From positions 1 through 62,206 of the forward strand of contig PEAO01000004.1 of the NCBI GenBank assembly GCA_002753615.1: DNA of 62,206 nucleotides, in the 5' to 3' direction. The notes beneath the pieces are model-generated. The model was not told the origin of the DNA, made no database searches, and saw nothing but the letters and a program-made list of their open reading frames with translations. This document shows, piece by piece, positions 50,801 to 56,916 of this stretch (its first letter is position 1; each line of letters begins with the position of its first letter). The DNA comes from Magnetococcales bacterium DCbin2 (GTDB lineage Bacteria > Pseudomonadota > Magnetococcia > Magnetococcales > UBA8363). Position numbers and translations under genes: made by a program.

Positions 50801-51481
50801 GAAATAAAGTCCATCTCCCAAATAGAGTCCCGAAAAACTGCTGAAGTTTCCCGAAACGCTGCCATAATTGAGAATATCGAAACGTTGCCCTTTGACGGGA
50901 TGAAAACTGTTGAGCAGATTGATATCCAGCGTCCCCCCCAGGGTGGTGGCTCCGCTGACATTGATCTGGTCAAAACCATTGTCGATCACCGGATTTCCCG
51001 GCCCCGGTGTCACACCGCCGATTTCGATGAGGGTCGTGCTTCCCCCAGCCAAGGAGAGGCTGACAACATTTTGAATACCAGGAGAGTTGCCAGGACTCAA
51101 CAATCCCTGGAGAAATACCCCCCCGCCCATGGGACCGCTTCCCGTCAAAGAATCCTCGGCATCAAAAAACAAAAACCCCTCAGGGAAGAGGGGTGCATCG
51201 ACGGTCAGGTGGAGTTCATTGCCAGGAATACCGCTGATTTCCAAGCCATTGGTTCCCGGATCGGGTAGGATATCGCTCGCAAGGGAGACATTCGGTCCTG
51301 AGACCACACTGTTTTCCAGGGTGATAAGGGTATCTCCCGACAAAGGATCTTCGTTTTCCCCACCCGCCTGGGTGGCAAAAACAAGTACCGGGTCGGCAGA
51401 CAAGAGGATGCGCTCCTCCAGTTTTTCGACCTGGAATGGCCCGTGCGACGAACGATTCATTTTATGTTTTTTAGCAACCAT
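35816..51481 (-). CDS. N-terminal 5221 aa of giant LEPR-XLL-leader surface protein
   Basis: ATG start. Basic N-terminus MVAKKHKMNR followed by FQVEKLEERILLSAD, with no hydrophobic Sec signal. Long beta-rich repeats follow. Confidence 0.88.
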   Translation of the reverse strand: MVAKKHKMNRSSHGPFQVEKLEERILLSADPVLVFATQAGGENEDPLSGDTLITLENSVVSGPNVSLASDILPDPGTNGLEISGIPGNELHLTVDAPLFPEGFLFFDAEDSLTGSGPMGGGVFLQGLLSPGNSPGIQNVVSLSLAGGSTTLIEIGGVTPGPGNPVIDNGFDQINVSGATTLGGTLDINLLNSFHPVKGQRFDILNYGSVSGNFSSFSGLYLGDGLYFKPIFQPTKLTLEVAELPIPGLDITIADSAQLDAFMTLLAKPDVLDQTATASGSLTIQNQEITGDFSFTRVSASAFEVSLANVSLQLAAGDALLNITDGSGGFYWTTDGMAGSIDGTVALDGVPGLSMADTDLGFSFNTMAVEVSRTLTHAGDMALSIGANTGLALRGNAGFTINDLATLTGNFSIEAAMESGVGKLRIGGSNIAASLGDVAGGGLGISMTGGEMALLIADAGVGAVPKYAVSATGNAALHGITDGSLSGPLNIRLNTLGQTVDEVISNGVSALNLTFNTIDATPAFVAKGVTLDLGPTVGSLSGDLFIQATVGANSSELAIGVENMSAHFPFGGLATATLAKGRAALLLMRDDQGNVTHAFRASGQASLGGVDGLAISGEQLVLVSNATPQAIDRNIRTPSGSINLVADAGFSSLSGMINLDVGGLLTATGEMNLQASQETVQLAGSPDPLDAIDTDRLILAANDVTATLNAPGMPDWGMTLAGLDFGLAFVTEKDVADPRRWLTMAALPRAMTIAGLTLTPASARIGINRALDRVSGAVNDAVVDWSSQTQTIATDAAHEVVLDFAAETWNIPVSGTLDLLGETISGDFELTFNPADGVYEVHGENLVMSLDAGVAAVQISGGTGDFRITPDGVAGSFSASATLSGLDDVTLAMPQLTVSFNNTVYEILNIAANTGLNLSALGANLNLGDFIRVSGDFSLVRQVVDGVEKLLIGGANIDSFLGLADDSLGLSVSQANLALLVAGTEQGAGYALQANGIPSLNGFADNAMQSAQPLAIRINTLGQAVQEQISNGVDQLQLAFASASAEQTFLLENATFDLGDGLGSVTGDLRFSASYDNNHELRMGLDASNLTGSLALAGGIGVRLADGAARLAFTQTAHGLEVSGSVSGSASLTGLNGLTLDSGVIDLALDPDGVLTRGDITGALTLMGQSLSGTVHFERAGEGIFEMSARDIATTLRAGDALLSLTHGEGGLYLSESGMAGSIRGDLTFTGVPGLTLTDADMAVTFNTFAHQIEQTIANLGFYELDIPANTPLRLAGQLSFSLDGLADFSGEVVVEASLVPGEERLLIGGHHLTATVGDTANSGVAISLTDGQLALLIADDGDGVGLALDASGTAALHGVADGAISGPIQARMNTLGRAITTDITNGLQTVALNFADGQMVQSFDALGVRLDLGDTIGYIEGDLRIQGGVVGDRTEVNVGAVHVNGAIGVGPVAARLQDGFIGLNLVHDNANGFRYALSAGGQATLQGVDLLTLDGDAITIAINNTGAAIQQTIQTTGDAIALDLAVGEKNLQGLVSMNLGGILAITGDISIGSLADTVKLADGSTVVTDRLNVIGNDLAITLHPPGVSGVDITLANVDLALAFLQEHGVPDARRWMTMNALPGSLSILGHTLTPTSAAVELNRALAKVSGALNATVVDWSGAQAETMAIDGATDVVMDFAGDTWRLPLKGELDLFGEKFSGDFIFQYSPASQTYTATVSNLTLSLAAGPTAIVVTNGNGSLTMGPNGVVVSVSGGAALTGLDGVTFTLPTIALAMNTTAADLLGVPAGTSLRLAATDATLKLGDFIDIGGDFAISRQVIDGVEQVRIGGSDIVARAGDLTGGFGVSMADVSLAMLLMEQADGTGYAIQASGIPSLDGIAGGMLSAAEPMAIRINHLGRTIADEISNGVDSIPLNFDSAEAVFGFFLEDASLDLGDFGSITGNLGFSAAADIAGNATLTLKADGLRGSLPMGGGIGVDLTYGTADLALRKVGTDMEVTGSLGGSGQLTGISGLELSLSNLDLAVGGTGLELSGEAVLDLAGMVSMRGNLNLSQSVDQVSLVGGAMVDVERFTFTGTDLGLGISSGGDAAGLSITGADLAMTFMREAGLADMDTARRWISINAAPSQINLGGFVLEADQGGLLLNQALASVSGLAKMADIDWSGASVENIVVDEATTLAMDFAGQTWGFTGIHGELNLLGERLAGTFGITYDVANAIYTIDATDVSFTMQAGSAGVAVTNGSGSLTITGDGIAGTIGGTVALSGLTGVTFAADSVSLSMNTTGGLLEGIAAGTPFLLKATNATLGIDGFTQLSGDFAIERRLADGVAQLLIGGQNMAATLGDPAGLGVAIDDGQLAMVIQEVAGSTEFALDALGTLHFNGITANLVGDNLNGAVRINHLGRTVSEAVNTGGGYRQLSFVDAVDVESFAAENVHINLLDGYLDIAGDFVFQHRVDAQGNVLLEIAVADAHGQLKVPGDVGIELANGTLGLLIKNPADPQYAFVAHGDVTITGLEGFGLDLQGLGVDFAFNGFGIDLDYTFDVPSLDIGPIDLTLGALTDFSLKGMLDINLGGLFDFNGFIDLSRLRIPMPDFMIPGLDLFDPGFDLDFMLQYNFSGLDVDFDLGIPGIPDWKLGFEGLDFAFSFSHDFSFDPNFDFRFARQWFTLAGMMDFIHMGPWSFAPDFGLDMEWFTFNWSLPPLDLPDLPALGLPSMDWTLDWGMPDFGSFDLGMDLDWGLDLSLDFGDMGLHLPTFHMPDIDIAFDMFGLPVLGDFSFDLIDLPDLPNLPDMGLAIDIGNLDISLDFDGFSLDLFDGFGDFLFTPLGLAFNLDFSADIHIPGLDFDIPSVNLQFNPFDFDLDLALPDVGLDGLDLHLPANLDFAINLPDLSINIADFASLTGDFSLERRVVDGVQKLLLGANDVVARVGDLQGGVGLEVQSDNLALLVQNGADGTPGFALTASGVPGLIGMDGWGLSDDVGIKLNTLGLPVDEVVRTGGTPVNLQFASSADVKAFEVKNATLSLPGGAGSLTGDFVFSSSSTGNGVDANGDGLDDIIDTELVIAAANLTGNLDVGGGLGADLAGGSAAILLLGTRNTVTATDTSRGWALATSGDVNLSGMGGVGVTGTDLNVLINTTGQALDREIVVGDRLVTLQGSAAQELMITGEAELTVDGLLTASGWIGVEKTATQVTTATGEVVAAGQVVISAAQVDAWLGLDGAPGAVGAMGLALNHADFVLAVVDADADNRAWQAVKVRAGSASLVGLPADVHLTATNLSFGVNRAINTADVVDWSEVPLSIPVGNAPLTVDFNGDLGELFAGSGNFGVDMAQFAGLKGQLDIVKKSGVTATLSDGATQAMTAITLSGSGVQAFVGIHGPVGSADAAGFLLDGVAFNAALLKPSDLANTGFYYGLAASATSGAILGLDGFALPNANLTIAVNSSANAAGKVINFATTNINGLTLATPSMSAGGTLTLGLDGVADLSGTFTISTAGTLANPELRLYGTNISAAIGPGSLTGGTIGLVIAADNLGSPAYALSGSGTVNVTGAGDLHFVGEVGVQVNTLGRAINTAVNGVDVIFATGERINALDVGNLDVSLTGFLADTLDSAASTVIDLANDFKPGNLSDSNPMGMNIPGIDKNLAEILSVGDILALGDYVHHYLAPYFYVEQNLSNYVPDPEDDLPVGQFTWQPIYSDGLFPSVVDITWTNGPTLTGLVDFLRTQWIPTLPGLNGDNLKVVLSETGINVLLQGSVTQNSTIDFSLGDEAAEFGLSLDGDIQLDLSMVADLDLGFSFNWATGVSNFEVNKLGFKINGLIDDLATTATFGPVALGIGSVADPGRIEVDLRGSASLVNGQFQVNPAQDSVTADLPIFAALAGVDLADAAGTARVLLEGSPLSGGALHMDTVNFDRLMDFSNLSVVEVILMFPDMITFLQDVRDNQLAADIPFTQDALDAILDLGKGFKSEIYDKINFYRDPVNLLPQRADLVVHADSKTVTSALGGFTAALVGQQITIDGVGRYTIRSVTNATTLVLNKAIDASANGLTFTIHNPLEQIETMQELVSAINESGILPLGMQVTYDPVTNIFAVPMDFVYNTSVSTSLDFDLGLGDTLEISSDATGTLMGEIGGTMSLFVDIDGETLKGTDGRSTSGSRSFSSTLSTFKNSMVGYRLEIGDETYRVTSVNNAHTVTLDRAASQSYSGTVFSLEQGLVMGFEDISVTAAMDFDITDPAITARVGFVGLTAGGVGSGSAIHAGATATLALDRGMGLENDQRFAMDDILGGALGDAFDFSIDADAYAIIKGLSMAEGGVAGGFPISDTVEISLRALNLLDMGDTTVVTVNPNQAVDMDALIAAGTVAANDLVVILPDLGAAFDFSNLSFLDIVGAAREGISFLQDALQDQAFYEFSLPVVNVSLADTLSVTDELLARIEEAASNPESAIQNVETVFEEALGIQDNNALDWFEQKFALVLDGDALKIHMDYSKVFSDMYNFGLDLEVLMDAAGIAPGALDGLGFLTDMVRGGAGISLDAYAELVVDSGIRFAGLADPEFFLYDYDTVTHRGTHAEIGVRVEGSNLELGFDIGLMKLGVDGGSLILDADGIIATEDYATVTLALNQKAGTPNDDGRFHFATERFSDNMELLSTAKFAVNLPVALDIAGLHLALPEPLKIVSNPAWGDRGLLALMDGLAGEAELGALPAIVIQYPDIAGTFENLMGDYSILGLINSPERIIDGIDFGLGAVQDIFGNAVTQDIPLVGDSLGEVATFIQDMRTGLLAELRAKLSDSGGGINITRDALFKVFGPSGLKLMLDANHDGRVTVDDITGGWYDKSGHLLEAWTPGGAGRMDADAVQLQVKLGGSLYSTGMDLPLDFSIPGFELNVDGGFGMEVGWSFDFGLGLSVTDGFYLVDDLTKDELQAGVSFFLDSAPTNPNVTTPFNATGDLLFFRATLTDTDADPNKSGFQPHGMFGGLSVDFNGNERGRLTLNDIGARDEGAFDISFGLDTHLDMDVTLEVPDVGGLPTLKGNLVMDWDWDLLHGADKPTINLERLRLDVGSMVDDFLLPIADRISSTLEPMRPVIDALTAEIPGLDIIVSPANVMNLINLGLQIQGKAPIDWSFVYAAEFMLDLPDEIRSWGDDGEILLGDIYNLGTKNIRVESPWQDQAVEASGALLDKLNAVQTGSSGGQSSSNGGSGKTARGGFKFMEYITDIGNWMNIMTGGDATLFTYEMPLLTF
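51392..51481 (-). other. LEPR-XLL-type N-terminal motif (LEERILLSAD)
   Basis: Residues 16-30, FQVEKLEERILLSAD, fit the E-x-L-E-x-R-x-L-L-S/A pattern known from giant secreted proteins. Confidence 0.85.
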
Positions 51482-51842
51482 TTTGCCCTGTCACCCAACA
51501 AGAGAAAATGAAAACCCGACCAATCCGATTGGACCACATTTTATCTGTTTCTGAAATTGAATGTTAAATGAAAACTCATTTTATCTCAATCATATTATTA
51601 ATTGCACGTGGCCATGAGAGATACGAATCACTTTTCTCCAATCTGCTACAAAAAGAACGGCCTAGTAAAGTGATCATGATTCTGCTAGGCTTTGGCCCCC
51701 TGTAGATCGAAATGGTCACCCGTAATGGTCTTTGCAGGTTGCAATGAAACGGTGTCAGACACTGCCAAGAGTTATGATGATAACCTGTAAAAAACATGCT
51801 GAACTGACAGAATCCCTGGTCGTGCAGGATCATGGGGATCGG

Positions 51843-53945
51843 GTGGGACGTGCCACCGCTCAGAAGATATGCGCCATCCCTCTGATCGCCTTTCTTTTAT
51901 TTCTGTCCTGCGCGGCTTATTCACAACCGATACTCAAAAATAATCAAGGAAGTTCGTCCTTTAAGAGTAGCACCGTCATCTTCAAGCTTTCTCTGCAAGA
52001 TAACCTAGTAGGGCAAATATCCGATGACCTCCCTGGAGCGGTCGCCGAGACCAACTTGGCCGCCGTCCAAGATACCTATCCCGGTTTTATACAGATCAGC
52101 CGATCCTCTTTGGAAACCGGCGATCAACCCAACTCCGTTCCGATGACGGTTCCGCCACCCCCGACTCCAGACGGTGGCGTCATCCACACCACAAGTAAAC
52201 CTAAAGAGATTGACGCACCGAGCAAAACAATGCCGCTTCCCGATGGGATTTCCCCGCGTCGCAGACCTGTGACCAACCCATTACCCGACGGTGTGCTGCC
52301 TCAACGCCCACCGATCGTCACCGGGGAGTTATCAACACCCTCTCATTGGAATCAATCCGCGACCCCCAGTGAAACCATTCTGTTTCCAGATCGGATTCCC
52401 CCACGCCATAAACCGGGTATGACCTTGGATCCTCCAAGTCCGCCAGTACCAACGGCGGTCATCACGCCCCCGTCCAGCACCACGCCCCAGCGCATCGTAC
52501 CATCTACGCAACCGTGGAGTTTGTCGGAATTCGTTCAGAAGGTTTATAAAAACAACAAGACCATCGTTAGACAACGGTTGGACGAGTTCATCGCCGATGA
52601 ATCCATTCAATCCGCTCAAGCCATCTACGACCCCACGGTGTCGATGGAAATGGGTCGTGATGGTTCCAATAAACGCAACACCGCCGAAGAATTCTATTCC
52701 CGCTCATCGTTGCCCGAATATTTTAGCCTCAACAACAAGGTAAAAACAGAAACCGCCCAATTGCTTCCCACGGGTGCCCGTATGGGGGCCGCCTATGACC
52801 TCAGCGATATCACCAATAATCTCCAAACTGGCGATCAGATAGGCAAAGAATTTGAGAGCAAACTTGGATTCAACCTGACCCAACCCCTCCTCAAAGATGC
52901 CGGTCCCAGGGTTGTCAACAGCAACATTGAAGTCGCCAACCTCGAACGGGCAATCGCCCGGCAAACCCTGCGGCAAACCGCACTGGGGGTCATCTTCAAC
53001 GCACTGCAAACCTATCGGGATCTCCAACAGGCTTCCCAACGGATCCAATTGCGGCAGGCATCCTTGGCCCTTGCTGAAAAAATACTCCAAGACATCGAAC
53101 AACGCATGGCCCAAGGGCAGGCCGATGAAGCCGAACTCTTAGAGGCCCGGTCCGCCCGGCACATGCGTGCAGCCCAGGTCTCCGAGGCCGGGATCAATCT
53201 TTCCAACGCCATACGTGCCGCTCAGGTGGTCTTGTCGGATACCAACTCACTGGAAATCTACCAGGGGATCGAATCCATCGAACCCCTCCCCCCATTCAAA
53301 CCGATCATCAAACCTTTGACCGAAAGTCTGGAACTGGCCAAGCAAAATCGACCCGAACAGTTAACCGCCCAATTTCAATATCAACGCGAAGCCTTGCGTA
53401 TGACCTACGCCAAAAACCAAATGCTGCCGCAGTTGGATCTTTCCGCGCAATATGCCCTCAATGGGTTGGGTAGCAGCATCAACACCAGCCTCGATGATAC
53501 CTGGAAAGATGATCACATCGACTGGTCGATTGGAATTAAATATGTGAAAGCACTTGGAAACATCAAAGGAAAGAGCGATTATATGGCTGCGGTCCACAAG
53601 GTGGAACAAGCGCAGTTGGATTTACAAAACGCCCAGATTACCATCCACGCCGATGTGGAAGAGGCACTGAAACTGTTGGCACTCTCGGAGGAGAAAATCC
53701 ACGCCCACAAAGAGACCATGGAGAACCTGTCTAAACTGGTGGACCTTGAACGACAACGCCTTGAGTCGGGTAACAGTTCGGCGCGTATGGTTCTGGAGCG
53801 GGATTCTGCCCTGCTACAAGCCAGGGAAGTTTTCTTGGAGTATTTGGCCGATTACCATAAGGCATACCACCGCCTTGAGCTGGCCGAAGGGAGGCTTTTG
53901 TTGCATTACGGACTTGAACTCCAACAGGAAGTGAATGAACTTTAA
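51843..53945 (+). CDS. TolC/OEP family outer-membrane channel with long Pro-rich N-terminal extension
   Basis: The likely start is GTG 51843 (GGGGA upstream), followed by the signal peptide IPLIAFLLFLSCAAYSQ. The ORF track starts at 51732. OEP motifs SLSEFVQKVYKNN, FNLTQPLL, AKNQMLPQLDLSAQY and ERQRLESG. Confidence 0.88.
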   Translation: MGRATAQKICAIPLIAFLLFLSCAAYSQPILKNNQGSSSFKSSTVIFKLSLQDNLVGQISDDLPGAVAETNLAAVQDTYPGFIQISRSSLETGDQPNSVPMTVPPPPTPDGGVIHTTSKPKEIDAPSKTMPLPDGISPRRRPVTNPLPDGVLPQRPPIVTGELSTPSHWNQSATPSETILFPDRIPPRHKPGMTLDPPSPPVPTAVITPPSSTTPQRIVPSTQPWSLSEFVQKVYKNNKTIVRQRLDEFIADESIQSAQAIYDPTVSMEMGRDGSNKRNTAEEFYSRSSLPEYFSLNNKVKTETAQLLPTGARMGAAYDLSDITNNLQTGDQIGKEFESKLGFNLTQPLLKDAGPRVVNSNIEVANLERAIARQTLRQTALGVIFNALQTYRDLQQASQRIQLRQASLALAEKILQDIEQRMAQGQADEAELLEARSARHMRAAQVSEAGINLSNAIRAAQVVLSDTNSLEIYQGIESIEPLPPFKPIIKPLTESLELAKQNRPEQLTAQFQYQREALRMTYAKNQMLPQLDLSAQYALNGLGSSINTSLDDTWKDDHIDWSIGIKYVKALGNIKGKSDYMAAVHKVEQAQLDLQNAQITIHADVEEALKLLALSEEKIHAHKETMENLSKLVDLERQRLESGNSSARMVLERDSALLQAREVFLEYLADYHKAYHRLELAEGRLLLHYGLELQQEVNEL

Positions 53946-54966
53946 ACATTTGCCCACCCGCAACGTAGCGTCTCAAAGTTTATTCCTGGCAGGACTCCTG
54001 GCCTTGGCAGTACCCTCTGCCCCCCAAGCCCAGACACTGCCGGATAGCCCCCCCCTGCACCGTTCTTCCCCATCCCCAGATGGGAATTCGACCGGGCAAA
54101 CCGTTCCACCTCCCCTCGTCAAGGAGGCGGTTTCCAAGGAGGCGGCATCTATAGACGTCCCGGAAGAGTTTCTCCTCCCTTCCCCAACAGACGCCGCCCC
54201 GATCATCATCAAGGGTTTGACAGAACCCCATAAAGATGTATCCCTCAGTTTAACCGTTCCTGGAAAAGTTGAGGAAATTTTTTTCCGTGAAGGGGCCTGG
54301 GTCAAGAAAAATGATATTATCCTGACCTTGGATAGCCGTTGGGAGGCACTGGAGGTTTCCAGAAAAAAACTGTTCTGGCAATCCAAGGTTAAACTGGAAG
54401 CGGCCCAGGAAAGGGAACGTCTCCAGGGACACCGCTATCAGGCCCAGTTGCAACTGTTTCAATCGTCGCGGGGATTGAGTGAAGAAGATCTGGAAAAACA
54501 GAAGCTCCAATGGATTAACGCACGGGCGGAATATGGTCTGGAAAAGATGACGGAGGAAGAGGAAGAACTCGGTTATCGCCAGGCGATGGAAACCCTTGAA
54601 AAGCGTCGTTTACGTGCCCCTTTCGATGGCATTGTCTCCGAATTGGCCGTGGAAGAAGGGGAAGGGGTGGAACCCAACAAGAAAATTGCGCACTTGGTAG
54701 ATCCCGTCACCTGTTTTTTTGTCTGTGATGTGGAAGAATCCCAAGGGGCACTCCTCAAAGAGGGACAGGGGGTGACCCTGGCATTTCCCGGGTCGGGAGG
54801 CCCCATCCGTAAACCCGGAGAAATCGTGTTTCTCTCCCCCGTGGTCGATGCCGCCAGCGGCCTGCGCCATGTCAGGATACGCTTCTCCAACGCAACCCCG
54901 CCCGCCATCCATCCCGGTATCGCCGGAGACTTGGAACTGTATGCCGTCGGATCATCACGCCCATGA
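53935..54966 (+). CDS. Membrane-fusion protein (RND/HlyD-type periplasmic adaptor), 343 aa
   Basis: Lipoyl half-motifs VPGKVEEIFFREGAWVKKNDIILTLD and LRAPFDGIV..VEEGEGV, plus SPVVDAASG. It overlaps tolC by 11 nt. Confidence 0.88.
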   Translation: MNFKHLPTRNVASQSLFLAGLLALAVPSAPQAQTLPDSPPLHRSSPSPDGNSTGQTVPPPLVKEAVSKEAASIDVPEEFLLPSPTDAAPIIIKGLTEPHKDVSLSLTVPGKVEEIFFREGAWVKKNDIILTLDSRWEALEVSRKKLFWQSKVKLEAAQERERLQGHRYQAQLQLFQSSRGLSEEDLEKQKLQWINARAEYGLEKMTEEEEELGYRQAMETLEKRRLRAPFDGIVSELAVEEGEGVEPNKKIAHLVDPVTCFFVCDVEESQGALLKEGQGVTLAFPGSGGPIRKPGEIVFLSPVVDAASGLRHVRIRFSNATPPAIHPGIAGDLELYAVGSSRP

Positions 54967-56894
54967 GTGTTCCTGCGGGATCTGAACCGGTTGGTCGCAC
55001 GGAAGTCAACAACCCCGATCTGCTCCTGACCCGGTTATTGGAACTCTCCCAAAAGGAACCCTCCGAAGAGTTTTTTTTTACCGCTTGCCTCAACCTGTTT
55101 TGCCAATGGCTGCGGGCAGAAAAAGGGGTTTTGCTCCACAAGGAATCCCCAGCCGCCGAGGGTTGGCACTGCTCCCACCGTTGGCCCGCGACCATGGGTC
55201 CATCTTTGGATCCCAATACCGAAACCGGTCAGCCCGATTTTATGGTCGAAGTCACCGCATTGGCCAACCGCTTAGCCGTCATCCCAGCAGATCAGGGGAT
55301 GGGACGGCTGGCGGAAAAAAAAGGGGAAGGGCGGATACTGGCCATCCGTTTCACCGATCCATCTCCCGGAAAGGTTCAAGTATTGGCGATCGCCCTGGGC
55401 CAGGCATCGTCGGTCAATTCCCGCGAAGCATCCACCCTGCTGCGCCTCCTGACCCTTATTCCCGCCCATTTCAGGGATAAAAGCCAAATTCATGCCGCAG
55501 AAAAAAAATTGCAACGATGCACCGGGGCCTTGGATCTGGCAGCACAGGTCAACAACGATACCCGATTTTTAAAAGCGGCACTGACTTTTTGCAATGAAAC
55601 CACCAACCGTTTTGGATGCAGCCGCGTCAGTCTGGGGTGGATGGATCCCCCCAATATCCTGGTTCGCGCCATCAGTCATCGCGATCAATTCGATAGCAAA
55701 CGGGAAATGGTGCAAAACCTTCAGGCCGCCATGGAAGAGGCTTTGGACCAGGATGAAGAGATCGTCTGGTCGGAAGCCACGACGATCACCTCCCCTGCTG
55801 AGAATGCCCTGGGAGATGACTTCCTCATCACCCGCGCCCACAAAATCTATGCCCGCAAAGAGGGGATCGGCCATATGGCTTCCGTCCCCTTGCGTATCGA
55901 TGGAGAACCCAAGGGGGTGATTACCGCCGAACGCGACCGCCCTTTTAGCACCGAGGAAATTCTGAATCTCAGGGTCTTGGTGGATATGGTGAGTCGGCAC
56001 CTGTTTGACTTGGAACGCCGTGATCGTTGGTTTGGCGGGTTGTTGCTTCTGAAAGCACGGGAATCGCTGGGGGTTTTATGGGGAGTAGAACACTCACTGG
56101 CCAAATTTTTGGGCGTTGTCACCATGGTTGTCCTTTGCTTCATTATCTTTGCTTCCTGGCCTTACCGCATCGATGCCCCATTTATCCTGAAAACCGATGA
56201 TATGCTCTATCTGACAGCCCCGTTCGATGGTTATATCGACCAAGTTCATGTCAAAGTGGGAGATAGCGTTCATAAAAAACAGATATTGCTGGAACTGGAC
56301 ACGCGGGAACTCCTGATGGAACAAACCCGTTCCCTCGCCGATGTCAGCCGCTATACCCGGGAAGCGGAAAAAGCCAGGGCGGCCCGAAGCATGGCGGACA
56401 TGAAAGTTTCCCAGGCTCTGCTGATCCAGTCCAACGCGCAACTGGAAAAGGTGGTCTACCAGCTTGACCATGCCCAACTTAACGCCCCCTTCACCGGCAT
56501 CGTGGTCGAAGGCGATCTTAAAGAACGACTGGGAGCGCCGGTCAGGAGTGGTGAGGTTTTGTTCAAGGTTGCCCGCATCGAGGATATCCATGCGGAGTTG
56601 GAAATCGACGAAATGGATATTCACGAGGTCAACTGGGGAGCCAGTGGCGAACTGGCGTTTGTGGCACGACCTGAGTTGACTTTTGACTTCATCATCACCT
56701 TGATCGAACCCATCGCCCTGCCCAAAGAGAGTGGAAATATGTTTCCAGCGCGGGCCAAATTTCAGGTAAAACCACCCCTGTGGTGGCGTCCGGGGATGAG
56801 CGGTACCGCGAAAATATTCATCGGTCCCCGACCCATTTTATGGATCCTGACCCATCGCAGCGTCAACTATCTGAGAATGCTTTTTTGGTGGTAG
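54963..56894 (+). CDS. GAF-like cytoplasmic region + TM + HlyD-type adaptor fusion, 643 aa
   Basis: GAF-like CSRVSLG...AAMEEALDQ...MASVPL...GVITAER. TM FLGVVTMVVLCFIIFASW. Adaptor motifs APFDGYIDQVHVKVGDSV and APFTGIVVEGD, with C-terminal WRPGMSGTAKI. ATGA overlap with the upstream gene. Confidence 0.85.
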   Translation: MSVPAGSEPVGRTEVNNPDLLLTRLLELSQKEPSEEFFFTACLNLFCQWLRAEKGVLLHKESPAAEGWHCSHRWPATMGPSLDPNTETGQPDFMVEVTALANRLAVIPADQGMGRLAEKKGEGRILAIRFTDPSPGKVQVLAIALGQASSVNSREASTLLRLLTLIPAHFRDKSQIHAAEKKLQRCTGALDLAAQVNNDTRFLKAALTFCNETTNRFGCSRVSLGWMDPPNILVRAISHRDQFDSKREMVQNLQAAMEEALDQDEEIVWSEATTITSPAENALGDDFLITRAHKIYARKEGIGHMASVPLRIDGEPKGVITAERDRPFSTEEILNLRVLVDMVSRHLFDLERRDRWFGGLLLLKARESLGVLWGVEHSLAKFLGVVTMVVLCFIIFASWPYRIDAPFILKTDDMLYLTAPFDGYIDQVHVKVGDSVHKKQILLELDTRELLMEQTRSLADVSRYTREAEKARAARSMADMKVSQALLIQSNAQLEKVVYQLDHAQLNAPFTGIVVEGDLKERLGAPVRSGEVLFKVARIEDIHAELEIDEMDIHEVNWGASGELAFVARPELTFDFIITLIEPIALPKESGNMFPARAKFQVKPPLWWRPGMSGTAKIFIGPRPILWILTHRSVNYLRMLFWW

Positions 56895-56916
56895 AAGCGC
56901 ACCCAACGGGAATCCC

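Larger units (their letters stand above)
12866..51481 (-). pseudogene. Single giant adhesin/exoprotein gene (38,616 bp; 12,871 codons) interrupted by one in-frame TAA at 35816-35818 (nonsense allele or sequence error)
   Basis: The junction reads ...Y E M P L L T F [TAA] K G F K V P L V G F S A G P A E F G I F G K A E L E A Q V D L A F G Y D T Y..., with no frameshift and no other stop. Confidence 0.75.

Noticed and set aside
51470-51500. ACAGGGCAAA upstream of the giant gene resembling the start of a c-di-GMP-I riboswitch
   Set aside because: The downstream GAAA-loop stem and GACGCAAAGC elements are absent. The sequence is just the RBS/start region.
51595-51770. Possible sigma-54 promoter (TGGC...TGCA-like words)
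   Set aside because: The GG-to-GC spacing does not fit the -24/-12 consensus in the candidates examined.
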